The translations under genes and the position numbers were made by a program. Positions 1-10,553 of a stretch of DNA of 64,000 nt are shown one piece after another; position 1 is the first letter of the stretch, and each line of letters begins with the position of its first letter. This DNA is from an uncultured Verrucomicrobiae bacterium (GTDB taxonomy: Bacteria; Verrucomicrobiota; Verrucomicrobiia; Limisphaerales; JAFGQR01): positions 1 to 64,000 of the forward strand of contig CAWBHS010000003.1 in the NCBI GenBank assembly GCA_963788655.1, read 5' to 3'. Below the pieces are notes generated by a model. That model was not told the DNA's origin. It did no database searches and saw only the letters and a program-made list of their open reading frames with translations.

Positions 1-259
1 CGCCCAGAATCATGACCTTGCGACGGTCGGAGGGTTGCACTTCGTCGTCGCCACGGTCGTACGTCGAATAATAATAAGGCGTGTAGGCCTCAAATTCGGC
101 GGCACAGGTATCCACCAACCGGTAACTGGGAATCAGGCCGAGTTGCTTGCGTTCGGCCCGTACCTGGTCTTCGGTTCGCCCGGTCAAATGGGCGATTTGG
201 CGATCTGAGAATCCCAGCGATTTGGCTTTGGCCAAGAGATCTGCGTTCAAATGTGGCAT
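1..259 (-). CDS. carB: Carbamoyl-phosphate synthase large subunit, C-terminal-half gene (split carB); 5' part only, runs off the window edge
   Basis: Manual translation from ATG at 259: MPHLNADLLAKAKSLGFSDRQIAHL...RLVDTCAAEFEAYTPYYYSTY...RKVMILG, the CarB oligomerisation-domain/second ATP-grasp junction. Not in the ORF track because there is no stop in the window. Confidence 0.9.
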   Translation of the reverse strand, partial: MPHLNADLLAKAKSLGFSDRQIAHLTGRTEDQVRAERKQLGLIPSYRLVDTCAAEFEAYTPYYYSTYDRGDDEVQPSDRRKVMILG

Positions 260-377
260 CGTGTTTTTGGCGAACCACCGCGGGCAGATGGGGCCGGCGA
301 AGGTCCGGTAAATTGGGGCGATACCATGCCAACCGCCGGACACGGTGTCAAAGCGAAAGGGGAACGTAAAAAGTCCG

Positions 378-630
378 AGGACCGAAGGCCGAAATCCGAA
401 GGAAATCCGTTAGCGTATTTCTGAAACAGATCGCTCCACACAGAATTTGGAGAGCTGCCTTTCACCGCCAAGGCACGAAGAGCGCAAAGGTCTTGCGTTC
501 ACGCCTTTGCGCTCTTCGTGCCTTGGCGGTGAAAAGAAGCCTGCCATGTGCAGTGACCAGCGCGACAGTCTTGAACCTTCGGTCTTCGGTCTTCGGGCCT
601 CTTTCGGTCTTCGGTCTTCGGAATTCGGAT
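378..630. repeat. Composite repeat: inverted heptamer arms (GACCGAA/TCGGTCT-type) around a perfect 31-bp hairpin
   Basis: 460-490 TTTCACCGCCAAGGCACGAAGAGCGCAAAGG is the exact reverse complement of 504-534. TCGGTCT/TCGGAAT heptamers at ~579-630 mirror GACCGAA/ATCCGAA at ~380-410. Confidence 0.85.
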
Positions 631-671
631 CTGGGCGGGAATGCTGCGAACGAAGCACCGAAATCAAACCG

Positions 672-747
672 TGGTGGAGCCATGGGGAGTCGAACCCCAG
701 ACCTTCTCATTGCGAACGAGACGCTCTACCAACTGAGCTATGACCCC
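672..747 (-). tRNA. tRNA-Ala (anticodon CGC)
   Basis: Reverse complement reads GGGGTCATAGCTCAGTTGGTAGAGCG-TCTCG-TT-CGC-AA-TGAGA-AGGTC-TGGGG-TTCGACT-CCCCA-TGGCTCC-ACCA: 76 nt, D and T loops, encoded CCA. Confidence 0.97.
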
Positions 748-879
748 AAACCAATGCCGGTTAAGTTAATGTCTGGCCAACAGCGTCACAAGAAAAAATT
801 CGTTGACTTTGGCATGGGAGGCGACGTAAATACATTGTAACGACAATGCATGGCCTTTGGATATACGAGCGGTGCGGTT

Positions 880-1170
880 ATGGACTTTGATTGGAACAAC
901 CCTCCATTCAACTTGAGCAGCTCTTTGAGTATTAAAGACATCGAAGAATCGTTTGAAGATCCGTTTGCTGTTCGGCTCCTGCCGGATTCACCGCGTTTCT
1001 CCGTTCAAGCCCGCTATTTCAATCTGGGAATGTCGGCGGCGGGGACCGGGGTTTTCAGCGTTTATCGAACCAACGGCAAAGTGTTTCGGATCATTTTTGC
1101 TCGCCCCTTCGAGTCGGAGGAGCGGCTGTTTTACGAGCGGAAAGTCAATCGCCTGCTCAACAACTACTAG
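880..1170 (+). CDS. BrnT-like (RelE-fold) toxin-family protein, atypical
   Basis: MDFDW start, IEESFEDP, RYFNLG, RIIFAR...EERLFYE match the BrnT/DUF497 pattern; paired with a downstream RHH protein. Confidence 0.7.
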   Translation: MDFDWNNPPFNLSSSLSIKDIEESFEDPFAVRLLPDSPRFSVQARYFNLGMSAAGTGVFSVYRTNGKVFRIIFARPFESEERLFYERKVNRLLNNY

Positions 1171-1191
1171 AAGAACTCTACTTTCAACCAC

Positions 1192-1491
1192 GTGAACGCC
1201 ATCGCCAATTGGGAAGAAGTGCCGCTCTTCGACATCGAAGAGGCCGAAGCCGCTTTTTGGGCGGAGAACCGGCTGGAACTGCGGCTGATGGACTCGTCCG
1301 TCGCGGACGGCTCGGAATTGTCCGAGTCGGTGACCATTACCTTGCGCATGGACCCGCGAATGCTGGCTCGGATCAAGCGCCTGGCCCGGTCGCGGTATCT
1401 GAATTATCAAAGCATGATCAAGCAATGGCTGAGCGAACGGATGGAAACGGAACTCCGCGACCGCGAAATGGCCGGCCGGCAGAAACTTTGA
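1192..1491 (+). CDS. BrnA/CopG-like antitoxin with C-terminal ribbon-helix-helix
   Basis: VPLF..EEAEAAFW N-terminus; C-terminal VTITLRMDPRMLARIKRLARSRYLNYQSMIKQWLSE. Confidence 0.75.
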   Translation: MNAIANWEEVPLFDIEEAEAAFWAENRLELRLMDSSVADGSELSESVTITLRMDPRMLARIKRLARSRYLNYQSMIKQWLSERMETELRDREMAGRQKL

Positions 1492-1507
1492 GCCTGGAAA
1501 ACTCTGG

Positions 1508-2434
1508 ATGAAATCATCGCTACCCACAATTTTGAAGCGCGCCGCCAAGCATGAAACCGCGGTCAGGACTGCGCTTTGCCGTAGCGCACATTTTCCATCG
1601 GCTGGATTCTTGAACCGGAAACCGGTAGGGCGAGACTCCGTCGAGCCCAAACTGCACCGGCTCGGCTGCGTTGAACAGAAAACGGCATCGTCGGGAAGGC
1701 TTTGGTGTTCGCCAGTCAGGCATATCCCTTTGGTCGTTTCGAGATTCACGAATGCGCTTCGGGGAAGTCAGGGCTCGACGGAGTCTCGCCCTACCGGGAG
1801 CTTTCGGAAAACAATTCGTCATCGCGCCTTCACGTTGATCGAGTTGCTGGTGGTGATTTCGATCATCGCGGCGCTGGCGGCTTTGACGCTCACGGTGCTG
1901 CCGGGCACCAAAACCTGGCGCGTCCGCCGGGCGGTGGAAGCACAGATGCAGCAGTTGGAATTGGCGATCCAGAATTACAAAGACACGCGCGGGTATTATC
2001 CGCCTTCCAACCCGCGATCCTCTTCCACGAACGTGCTGTTCTATGAACTGGTTGGCGCGCAGGAAGAACAATCTGGCAAGTTCGTTGTGATGGGCCGGAC
2101 CAACACGATTTTCAACGGCCAGATTGCCCAGTTGTATGGCGATCTCAACCGCCGTCGTATCTTGAACTCTGCTTCGCCGGATGCGCCCCCCAATTACAAC
2201 GATCCGGATGCCAACACCGGCTCGCGCAGTTTCCACGCGGAAATCAAAGACAACCAAACCAAAACCACCGCCGACGGCATCACCCTGCTGGCCGTGCCGG
2301 CCCCGGGGACGAACGGGGACTTCAATGTGTGGAATTATGTCGCTCCGGGAATTCACAACCCGGAACGCTTCGATCTCTGGACCGTAGTCAAACTCGGCAA
2401 GAAAACGAACCTCATTGCCAACTGGAAGGAATGA
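1508..2434 (+). CDS. Prepilin-type (GspG-like) pseudopilin with a 107-aa REP-containing leader
   Basis: RA|FTLIELLVVISIIAALAAL N-methylation motif (F+1 at 1829); LELAIQNYKDTRGYYP helix; HNPERFDLW C-terminus. Confidence 0.85.
   Translation: MKSSLPTILKRAAKHETAVRTALCRSAHFPSAGFLNRKPVGRDSVEPKLHRLGCVEQKTASSGRLWCSPVRHIPLVVSRFTNALRGSQGSTESRPTGSFRKTIRHRAFTLIELLVVISIIAALAALTLTVLPGTKTWRVRRAVEAQMQQLELAIQNYKDTRGYYPPSNPRSSSTNVLFYELVGAQEEQSGKFVVMGRTNTIFNGQIAQLYGDLNRRRILNSASPDAPPNYNDPDANTGSRSFHAEIKDNQTKTTADGITLLAVPAPGTNGDFNVWNYVAPGIHNPERFDLWTVVKLGKKTNLIANWKE
1622..1797. repeat. Inverted pair of GTAG-type REPs (GTAGGGCGAGACTCCGTCGAGCCC); further copy at 5671-5695
   Basis: 1624-1648 and 1771-1795 are exact reverse complements; GTAG foot followed by an imperfect hairpin. 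Confidence 0.9.
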
Positions 2435-3711
2435 AAATGAAACGCTCAATTCCCATGGGCCGGGCCGCTCAGCAATGGCGAGCGGGTTTCGCCAGCGACC
2501 GAAACCAGTCTTCGGCGGGCGTTCGCCGAATCATCCGGCTGCCGGAAAACGCCGCGTCATTTCTGGAATTGCGGAAGTCCGCCTCGTTACCTCGGCGGCT
2601 ACGGGGGCAGGGGGTGCTGAGGAGTCTTCAAGCTCCGCAGACCACTGGAATTTTCGGACAGTTCCTTTCCCCTCACCCTGACCCTCTCCCCAGGGAGAGG
2701 GAACAGCAGCGAACCTGCGTTGGTAGGTACCAGCCGGTAGCCAACTTTGACGCGCGGTCGTCGATTCTCCCTCTCCCCGTGAGAGAGGGCCGGGGTGAGG
2801 GGGAACCGGGCGGCCCCTGGGTTCTCGGCGCAACGTGTTCGCCTGACCGTCCAGAGCCGTCAGCGCTGCCAAATGCCGGTGGACGTCGCCATCGGCTCAT
2901 CGTGAGCTGGACGGAAACCTCCTGGCAGCCGCGTTGGCGTCACCGCGATCCGGCTGGCGACACCACCGTCATTCCCGAAGTCCGCCGTCCACGGGTTCCT
3001 TGTCTGCCCGAGCCGCGTCGGCGTATCTCTTTACCTATGAAATCCAATATCCATTCTCCCAAAACTCCGCCGCCCCGTTCTTCGTTGGGAGCGTTTACCT
3101 TGATCGAACTGCTGGTGGTCATTTCCATCATCGCCATCCTCGCCGGCCTGCTGTTGCCCGTGCTGGCGGGCGTGCGCGAGAAGGCAAAGATCAAGCGGGC
3201 CGTGGTCGAGATCAACGCCGTCATAAATGGCATTGCGCAATACGAAAGTGCCTACAGCCGCCTGCCAGCGCCCAAGGCAGAAAGTGAAGCCATGCAGGAT
3301 TATACTTTTAGCTATCCGGACCCGGCCACGGTTCCTGCGATGCCGCAGCCGCCCGCTAACGCCAAGTTGCCCAATTCTGTAATCATGGGGATTCTGTTGC
3401 TGGATAAAAGGAACCCGAACTATGCCGAAGACTTGAAGCGAAATCCACGGCAAGTGGTGGCGCTCAATGTCAAAGAAGCCGCCAGCCCTAGTGCTCCAGG
3501 TGTGTATCCCCCAGATCCTGTCTATCGTGATCCGTGGGGCAATCCCTATGTGATCACCTTGGATTTGAATTACGATCAGAACTGCGAAGATGCTTACTAC
3601 TTCAAGAAAACAGGAGTCATCCGAGGAAAAGTAGCCATCTGGTCCATGGGGCCCGACAGTGCGGCCGGAAACGCGGACACCGACCGCGACAACGTGCTAA
3701 GCTGGAAGTAA
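2431..3711 (+). CDS. Prepilin-type (GspG-like) pseudopilin; start either 2431 (221-aa repeat-filled leader) or 3037 (19-aa leader)
   Basis: GA|FTLIELLVVISIIAILAGLLLP (F+1 at 3094), DPWGNPY and IWSMGPD GspG-type motifs. ATG 2431 overlaps the previous stop as ATGA and the frame is open throughout. Confidence 0.85.
   Translation: MKMKRSIPMGRAAQQWRAGFASDRNQSSAGVRRIIRLPENAASFLELRKSASLPRRLRGQGVLRSLQAPQTTGIFGQFLSPHPDPLPREREQQRTCVGRYQPVANFDARSSILPLPVREGRGEGEPGGPWVLGATCSPDRPEPSALPNAGGRRHRLIVSWTETSWQPRWRHRDPAGDTTVIPEVRRPRVPCLPEPRRRISLPMKSNIHSPKTPPPRSSLGAFTLIELLVVISIIAILAGLLLPVLAGVREKAKIKRAVVEINAVINGIAQYESAYSRLPAPKAESEAMQDYTFSYPDPATVPAMPQPPANAKLPNSVIMGILLLDKRNPNYAEDLKRNPRQVVALNVKEAASPSAPGVYPPDPVYRDPWGNPYVITLDLNYDQNCEDAYYFKKTGVIRGKVAIWSMGPDSAAGNADTDRDNVLSWK
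2576..2802. repeat. REP block: GTAG-type copy (2576-2602, reverse) plus inverted CCCTCACCC/GGGAGAGGG pair (2669-2701, 2769-2802)
   Basis: AGTCCGCCTCGTTACCTCGGCGGCTAC; CCCCTCACCCTGACCCTCTCCCCAGGGAGAGGG; the second family recurs at 31960-32580 and 35625-35814. Confidence 0.8.
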
Positions 3712-3715
3712 CCCC

Positions 3716-4586
3716 ATGAAATCCACACGCCACCCCACCCTGCCGGGCACCGGAAGACTGGCCAGGACTTTGCCGTCCACGGGGGCGACGACGGCGGGAC
3801 GTGCGCACCAGCGGCGGTCGGGATTCACCTTGCTCGAGCTGCTCATCGTGATCGGCATCATGGCCATGATTGGCGCGCTGGTGGCGCCGTCACTCAAGCG
3901 CATGAAACGCGTGGATATCATGAGTTCGGCCAACCGTCAGATGTTGGACGACTTGGCCGAGGCGCGACGAAAGGCCATCGCCAACCGGGCGACCGTCTAT
4001 GTGGTGTTCATGCCTCCGGCAACCGACTTGCCCAAGAATTATTCGCAATTGGACCCCAGCAGCACGACCATGGTTCTGGCCAACCAGCAGACCGCTTATG
4101 CCATGTTCACCCGGCACAGCGCCGGCGACCAGCCAGGAACCGAGTATCCGCGGTATTTGCGCGGTTGGAAGACGCTGCCCGAGGGGGTGTTCATTCCTGC
4201 TTGGAAGTTCGGTTCGACCGATGTCGCTGTCGGCGCCAATACAGTGAAGCATTTCAGCTACACCGTCGCCAATGCTCCAGGCAACAATCGTCCGTTTCCG
4301 GTTCCTACCGTTGAGAGCCCGGTTCGGGAGTGGGAGATGCCATATATCGCCTTCGATTACCAGGGACGGTTATGCCGCGCCAGGAGGGCGGCAGTGTCCG
4401 GAAGACCAGTTCATCCCGTTGGCCATGGGCACGGTGGAGCCCGATATCGACGCCAATCAAAATCTGGTTTGGGGACCAGCCACGGAGCGGGAAGATCCCC
4501 AGGGCAATTCGACGAACAACTACAATCTCATCCACATCGACTGGCTCACCGGGCGAGCCACGCTGGAACGACCTGAAATCCAATGA
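3716..4586 (+). CDS. GspH/FimT-like minor pseudopilin (Verru_Chthon D-like); one frameshift near 4380
   Basis: SG|FTLLELLIVIGIMAMI, DDLAEARRKAIANRATVYVVF; after a +1 shift the C-terminus reads NYNLIHIDWLTGRA. Confidence 0.8.
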
Positions 4587-5212
4587 AGCTGCCACTGCCT
4601 CCATCTCTTCAGCGCCAGCGGGCCTTCACGATGGTTGAGATCGCGCTGTGCCTGGCGATCATCGGCTTTGCCATCGTGGCCATCATGGGCGTGCTGCCCT
4701 CGGGGATGACGGTGCAGCGGGACAACCGCTGGAACTCGATCGTCAATGAGGACGGCCAATTCTGGCTCAACGCCATTCGGGAAGGCGCCCGCGTGGTGCC
4801 TGAACTTGAGCAGCGCGTTCAGCGCATTTGGATTAACACCAACGAGGTGAGCAGCGCAGACCGGCAGAATAGCGAGCAAATCATCGGCCTGCTCAGCCAA
4901 CCCGGCACCACGAACAAAGCCTTGGTGCGCGCCTTGAGCGGTTCGGCCGCCGAACTATCATCCGCCGCCGAGGTTGGTCTCGACTACGTGCTGTTCACCA
5001 TGATCCAGCCGTTTGAGGGTGGTGGCCCGAACCTGGCTTCCAATTTGTACGACGTGCGCCTGGTCTTCCGTTGGCCAGCCTACCCGAACGGCTCGTTTGG
5101 CCGGTCCAAGAAAGTCTTCCGCTCCCTGGTCCGGGGGCAATTGGTGGAAACCAACAACCTGTTCTTTTTTGACAACCAGCAACTCAAACTGACGCTGCCC
5201 CCGTCCCCGTAA
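4583..5212 (+). CDS. GspI/PilV-like minor pseudopilin (Verru_Chthon B-like)
   Basis: RA|FTMVEIALCLAIIGFAIVAIMGVLPSGM; LYDVRLVFRWP; ATGA overlap with the upstream gene. Confidence 0.85.
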   Translation: MKLPLPPSLQRQRAFTMVEIALCLAIIGFAIVAIMGVLPSGMTVQRDNRWNSIVNEDGQFWLNAIREGARVVPELEQRVQRIWINTNEVSSADRQNSEQIIGLLSQPGTTNKALVRALSGSAAELSSAAEVGLDYVLFTMIQPFEGGGPNLASNLYDVRLVFRWPAYPNGSFGRSKKVFRSLVRGQLVETNNLFFFDNQQLKLTLPPSP

Positions 5213-5215
5213 GCT

Positions 5216-6530
5216 ATGCGCCCGCTCCGATCCCATGCCCTATTGCTCCCGCCGCGTTGCTCTTCCCCGGTAGGGCGTTCCCGTAGCGCAGAGTTATACT
5301 CTGTTGTATCGCCGAATTGCATTCGGCAGGGTGTCCGAAAATTCGAGGCCGCCCCGGCTGGGAGTAGCTCTCGGCAGTTTGCAAACCTGCGATCCAGCGC
5401 AGCGCGGCCCGGCCGCAACCCAATCGGAGCGCGGACATTCCTGTCCGCTTGGAGTGGCTCGAATCGGCAAGCGGACAAGAATGTCCGCGCTCCAACGCCT
5501 CCGACAGAATCGTCGCGGCCGGTGCGGCTTCAGAACGATAAGGATAGAGTGCGACTCGGCGCTACAAGTTTGGCAACTGCAAAGTCTCTGGATCGTGAAC
5601 CCACCGGTTTTTCGCAAGTGGTTGGCGAGGCGCCAACCACGGCGCCCGAGGCGGGCGCGCTCCCCGGTCAGGGCTCGACGGAGTCTCGCCCTACCGGAGG
5701 TCGGGGGGAACGAGATCGCGCCGGCTTTTCCCTGTTGGAAATCATGGTGGCGGTGTCGCTGCTCACCTTCATCATGATTGCCCTGACGGTGATGTTTGCG
5801 CAAACCAAGAACGCCGTCCGCGCCGGCTTGAATCAGGTGGGCGTGCTGGACAGCGCCCGGGCCACCATGAGCTTCCTCTCGCAAACCATCCAGGAAGCGG
5901 CCCCTTCCCAGCAACCGGACATCGTGAATCTCCATGTGGGCTGGACCGGCGGTTACACCGAGCAAGAACTGCCCGGCGATCCCAATCCGCGCTACAATCT
6001 GCTCCAGGATTTCTTTGTGCTTTCGCGTTCGAATGATTATCTGGTGCGCCAGCCAGTTCGCCTTCCTGCCCAATGAAGCGGCTCGGGGTGTGGCCACCCT
6101 CTATTACTCCACCACCAACGCCCCGTACAAGGAACCGTATCTCATTGCGACCACCAATTTGGCCGAGCGTTCCGCCTGGACCAACGGGCCTTCGCCCTAC
6201 CACCGGCTCGTCGATGGGGTGGTGAGTTTGAGCGTGTTGGCATACGATCGGGACGGAGAGTTGTTGCCCGGGACCAATGCCGTGACTGAAGATTACTTGT
6301 TCAGCCAGGATCAACTCTCGTATACCTTTTTGAACTCGAATCTCCCCGCCGCCGTCGAGTTGGAACTCGGCATACTCGAGCAAGAGACGCTGGACCAACT
6401 GCGCGCCGTGGCGGGCCCCGACCTGGCCAACCACACCGCGCTGACCAACTACCTGGCCACCCGGCCGGAGACGGTCCACATTTTCCGCCAGCGCATCGCC
6501 CTGCGCGCGCAAAACCGAATTGTCCCCTGA
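5216..6530 (+). CDS. GspJ/PilW-like minor pseudopilin (Verru_Chthon C-like) with a 170-aa REP-filled leader; frameshift near 6041
   Basis: AG|FSLLEIMVAVSLLTFIMIAL (F+1 at 5726); after a +1 shift: LVDGVVSL...LPAAVELELGILE...FRQRIAL. Confidence 0.8.
5283..5695. repeat. Cluster of four REP-like families inside the pilin leader
   Basis: GTAGCGCAGAGTTATACTCTG (5283); inverted pair GGAGCGCGGACATTCCTGTCCGC 5426-5448 / 5471-5493; TTGGCGAGGCGCCAACCACGGCGCCCGAGGCGGGCGCGCTCCC ~5622-5664 (also ~10510); GGGCTCGACGGAGTCTCGCCCTACC 5671-5695. Confidence 0.85.
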
Positions 6531-6534
6531 TGCC

Positions 6535-9500
6535 ATGAACCGTCGTCGCTCCCAACAAGCCGTTGCCCTGGTCATCACCCTCATCATGCTGGCGGTCATC
6601 ACCGTGGTAGCCGTGGCGTTCCTGGCGCTGGCCATGCGCGACCGTTCGGCGGCCTCCACCGCCGACAAGCTCACCCGCGCCCAAGTCATGGCCGGAGCCG
6701 CCCAGGCGCGCCCCATTGCCGAAATCGGCGCCCAGATCTTGGAAGGCCGCACGAACGGCGGCACCAGTTTGATGGGCTTTGACTTGCTCGTTTCCCACAC
6801 GAACGACACCGGCGATTTCGGAGCACCGGTATTCGTTGATCCAGCGACGCTCGCCGTAAACCGGCCGCTGGTCGAAGCCGATACCAACCGCACGTTCCTG
6901 GATTTGAATCGCAACGGCGTTTACGATCCACCCACCAACGGCTTGCCGGGCGATCCGCAATGGCTCGCGGTAAGGGACCAAGCGGGGCCGCTTTCCGATA
7001 AAAACCATTACATCGGCCGGATCTGTTATTTTGTCTTGCCGTCCGGCAAATCGCTTGACTTGGGCGTCATTCACAACCAGGCCAAACCCGCAATTATCGA
7101 GGCACAAACGCAAAGCTTGACGCCTAATCCGAACTCGGAAGGCTACATTCGTGAATTCGGGCTGGGTTCTTGGGAGTTGAATCTGGCGTCGTTCCTGGTG
7201 GATCTGAACACCAACGCCTGGCATTCGCCCTTCGATCAGGTGTATGGCTCGGATTACGTCTATTACGACGATCCCACGACTCCCAACATGGGCGCCGCCT
7301 TTGCCGATGCGTTCGATTTACTGCGCTATCGGTACGCTTCAAACTTCACCACATTGAGCAATGCGTCGCCGGTCCTGGCCGAGGTCGGGGAACAAGGCAC
7401 CAACAATTGGGCTGGCTCCGACTCACCCCGTCACTATTTCGATTTCGACGCGTTGTTCGATGCCCAGCGTCCTTACTCCAACTTTGTGAAGGCGCTGAAA
7501 TGGGTGCAAACGCCTGCTCCCGATGGTGCCGGCACCAATGACTACAACCGCCAAACCTTCTACCGCCTGTTATCGCAAATGAGCATGGATTCAGTGCCCG
7601 AAACTCCGAAGATCAACCTGGATTTCATCAATGTGGACCCGGACACGTTGACGCCCACCAACTTGGTGGAAAATGGCTACTACGATTCGTGGACGAACGA
7701 TCCGAGCCTCTTCTTCCGGGCCGTGGCGCGCCGGTTGTTTGCGGCCTACAACCTGCCCGGCGTCATCGTCACGCCGACCAATTTCGCCATCCCCATCGCG
7801 CCGACCAACTATTACACGCCAGCCGTGCAGCGGGTGCTGCAACTCACCGCCAACCTTTACGATGCCACTCAGGACGGCCCGGTGTCCGGATTGAGCGAGT
7901 CGCTCTACTTCCCCACCGTGTTTCGTCCGTTATTCGAAGACACGGGCAGTGACCGTGACCATCACCAATTATTTTGAATCCAACGGTGAAGAGGCCAAGT
8001 CCGGCGCCGTCGCGGGACGCATTTTGATCAACGAACTCCTGGCCAAGAACAAGTGGCACGACTTGGATGATCCGACCTACAATGCCACACCCATTCGTCC
8101 CGACGACTTTGTGTTTGGCATCCCGCTGATCATCGGCGCCAAGAAGGGTTATCCCAATTTCAACGAATACACGATGGACACCGCCGTGACGGTGACCCGC
8201 AAGCTGGAATTGGTAAGGCCGGACACCGACGTTCGAACCCAACCAGACCAATCAGATGTATGTGTTGGCCATTACCAACCGCATCGGCCTGGAAGTCTGG
8301 AATCCCTACGGACAGGCGTTTCCTTATCCCTTGCGCATCCGGGTGGAGAACGACACTCGGACGACCCTTTCGGATTCCGCCGGCAATCCGATTGCGCTGA
8401 CCAATTCGTTTGTCAGCACGAACACCACCGTGGACACCAACTGGCTGCCAGGAGCATTCGCCACCATTGCCTACACCAACCTGACGATCCTGCCCAGCTT
8501 CCCGCGCCAGGAATACAGTTTTACCTTGAACGGTTTCAAATCCGACGGCGAAACCGAGAAGAATGGCTTCCCGATCCCGGATTGGCAACTGGGCGTCACC
8601 AACCGATTGTTGTTTCTGATGTATGATCCGGTGACGTACCGATTGGTGGACTGCGTTGATCTGTCGAACTTGGGGCACAGCACCAACATCATGAGCGCGT
8701 TGCAGGCGGATAAGACCTCCGCTGGGGACGTGTGGAATACCAACCGCGCCGGTGCTTCCGTGTTCATCCCCACGGAAGGGATTAGAAACCAGATGAGGAT
8801 CAGTCTTGGCTTGTATACCCACAAAGAGGACAACCTATGGGCCAAGTACTACGAAGGGGTTACGACGTTTAGAGACGATCTCGTCGCGAATCTGAATGGC
8901 TTTGTGTATGCCACCAACGCCGGCCTGGGATTGGTCATCGAGACCGGTTTCAATCCCATCACCCGGCTCTATCTTACCACCACCTGGCAGGCCAACGATC
9001 CGCTGCTGCACTCCATGATTTGGGACCTGGAAGATGCTCGTCCGCCCACTGAAACCACCTACCAGGGCTATTCATACCCGCAGGATTTCCCTGGCGGCGA
9101 TTACAACCTCAGCATCACCAACCGCCGCTATTGGCCGTGGCCTTACAGCAAAGGCGATGATCGTAAGCATCCCATTCCCTTCGATCTCGCGGTGCAGGAT
9201 CCGATGGTGCGTGGCCCGGATGATTGGGATTTCCCGGAAGGTAAATTGCCCAACCTCGGTTGGCTCGGCCGCATTCACCGCGGCACGCCCTGGCAATCGG
9301 TTTACTTGAAGGCCGAACCCGCCGCCCGCGAGGACTGGGCGAAGCAAACCACGGGCGCGGCCGCCTACATGGATCGTTGGGCGGACAAATATGTGAATAA
9401 TCTTTTGACCAATCCGGCTCCGTCCTTGGTAGAAACCAACCGGGTGGATGCCGAAGACCTTGGTTGGTTGCCAACTCATCCCACCAGTGACTGGCGGTTG

Positions 9501-10199
9501 GCGGACCTTTTCACCGTGGCCCCCAATGCCAACGCCACGCGCGGCACGCTGTCCGTCAACCAGCCCAATCTGGCGGCCTGGTCGGCAGTGTTTGGGGGTA
9601 TCCCCGTGATGACCAATGTGGGCACGCCAAAGATCGAGCCCTCTCCCGCCACACCGGCTACCGTCTTGAACGCCGATGCCAATTTTATGGTCACGAAACA
9701 ATTCCTGCCCGGCTCACCGGAACTGGAGCAGATCGTGGACGGCATCAACCGGGTGCGCGACAACCTGCCGGGCAAACAATTCAATCGCCTGAGCGACGTG
9801 TTGGCCGTGCCGGAATTGAGTGTCAACCGTCTGGAGACTCTTCCCAATGGTACGCCGCGGCGTTCGCCGTTCTTGTTCATGCAGACACCGAATCCGATGG
9901 CAGACGACCAACAGCGGGCCGGCCTGACCGATGCCGCCTACGAAGCCTTGCCGGCGCAAGTTCTGTCCCTGCTGCGCGTGGGGGAACCGCGAGTGGTGAT
10001 TTACGCCTACGGCCAATCCCTCGAACCCGCCGGCGCGGGCTCGGTCAATAATTTTGGTGTGCCGGACAACTACCGGGTGACCGCCGAATACGCCACCCGC
10101 AGCGTGGTGCGTTTCGAGTTTGATAGCGACCGATCGGACACCAACGCCGTCGTCATCCGCCCCATCGTGGAAAGCTTTAACGTCCTGTCGCCGCACTGA
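6535..10199 (+). CDS. Large GspK/PilX-like pilin-cassette protein (Verru_Chthon A-like), ~1,220 aa; two frameshifts (~7945, ~8245)
   Basis: RRRSQQA|VALVITLIMLAVITVVAVAFL (PilX-type, no E+5); three consecutive ORFs in +1-shifted frames; C-terminal VVIYAYGQSL...YRVTAEYATRSVVRF. Confidence 0.8.
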
Positions 10200-10247
10200 A
10201 TGATGTTTCACCGCTTCCCCAATGCGAACCCAGCCCCCCCTGCCCCG

Positions 10248-10553
10248 GTAGGACAGGCGTCCCGCCTGTCCCGGGCTGCCAAAGGTGCCCCGCCGGTCGC
10301 AGAACGCTCTCTCCCCCAAGAACGCCCGCCGACCTTCGAGACAGCCGGGACGGCAGTCCTACGATGGCCGCGCTGTCGCGCCAGCGTTTTGGAGTGCGGC
10401 AGTCCTCTGCCGCTGTCGAACGCACCGCAGCCCATCGAAAGCGGCAGAGGACTGCCGCACTCCAAAACCTGGCGGCTGTTCGGACGCACTTCCCACAATC
10501 GAGATATGGTTGGCGTGGCGCCAACCACCGCGCCCGAGGCGGTCGCGCTCTCC
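10248..10553. repeat. Intergenic REP cluster (three families)
   Basis: GTAGGACAGGCGTCCCGCCTGTCC 10248-10271 with partner 10338-10362; TTTTGGAGTGCGGCAGTCCTCTGCCGCT inverted pair ~10387-10414 / 10440-10467; GGCGCCAACCACCGCGCCCGAGGCGG ~10517. Confidence 0.85.
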
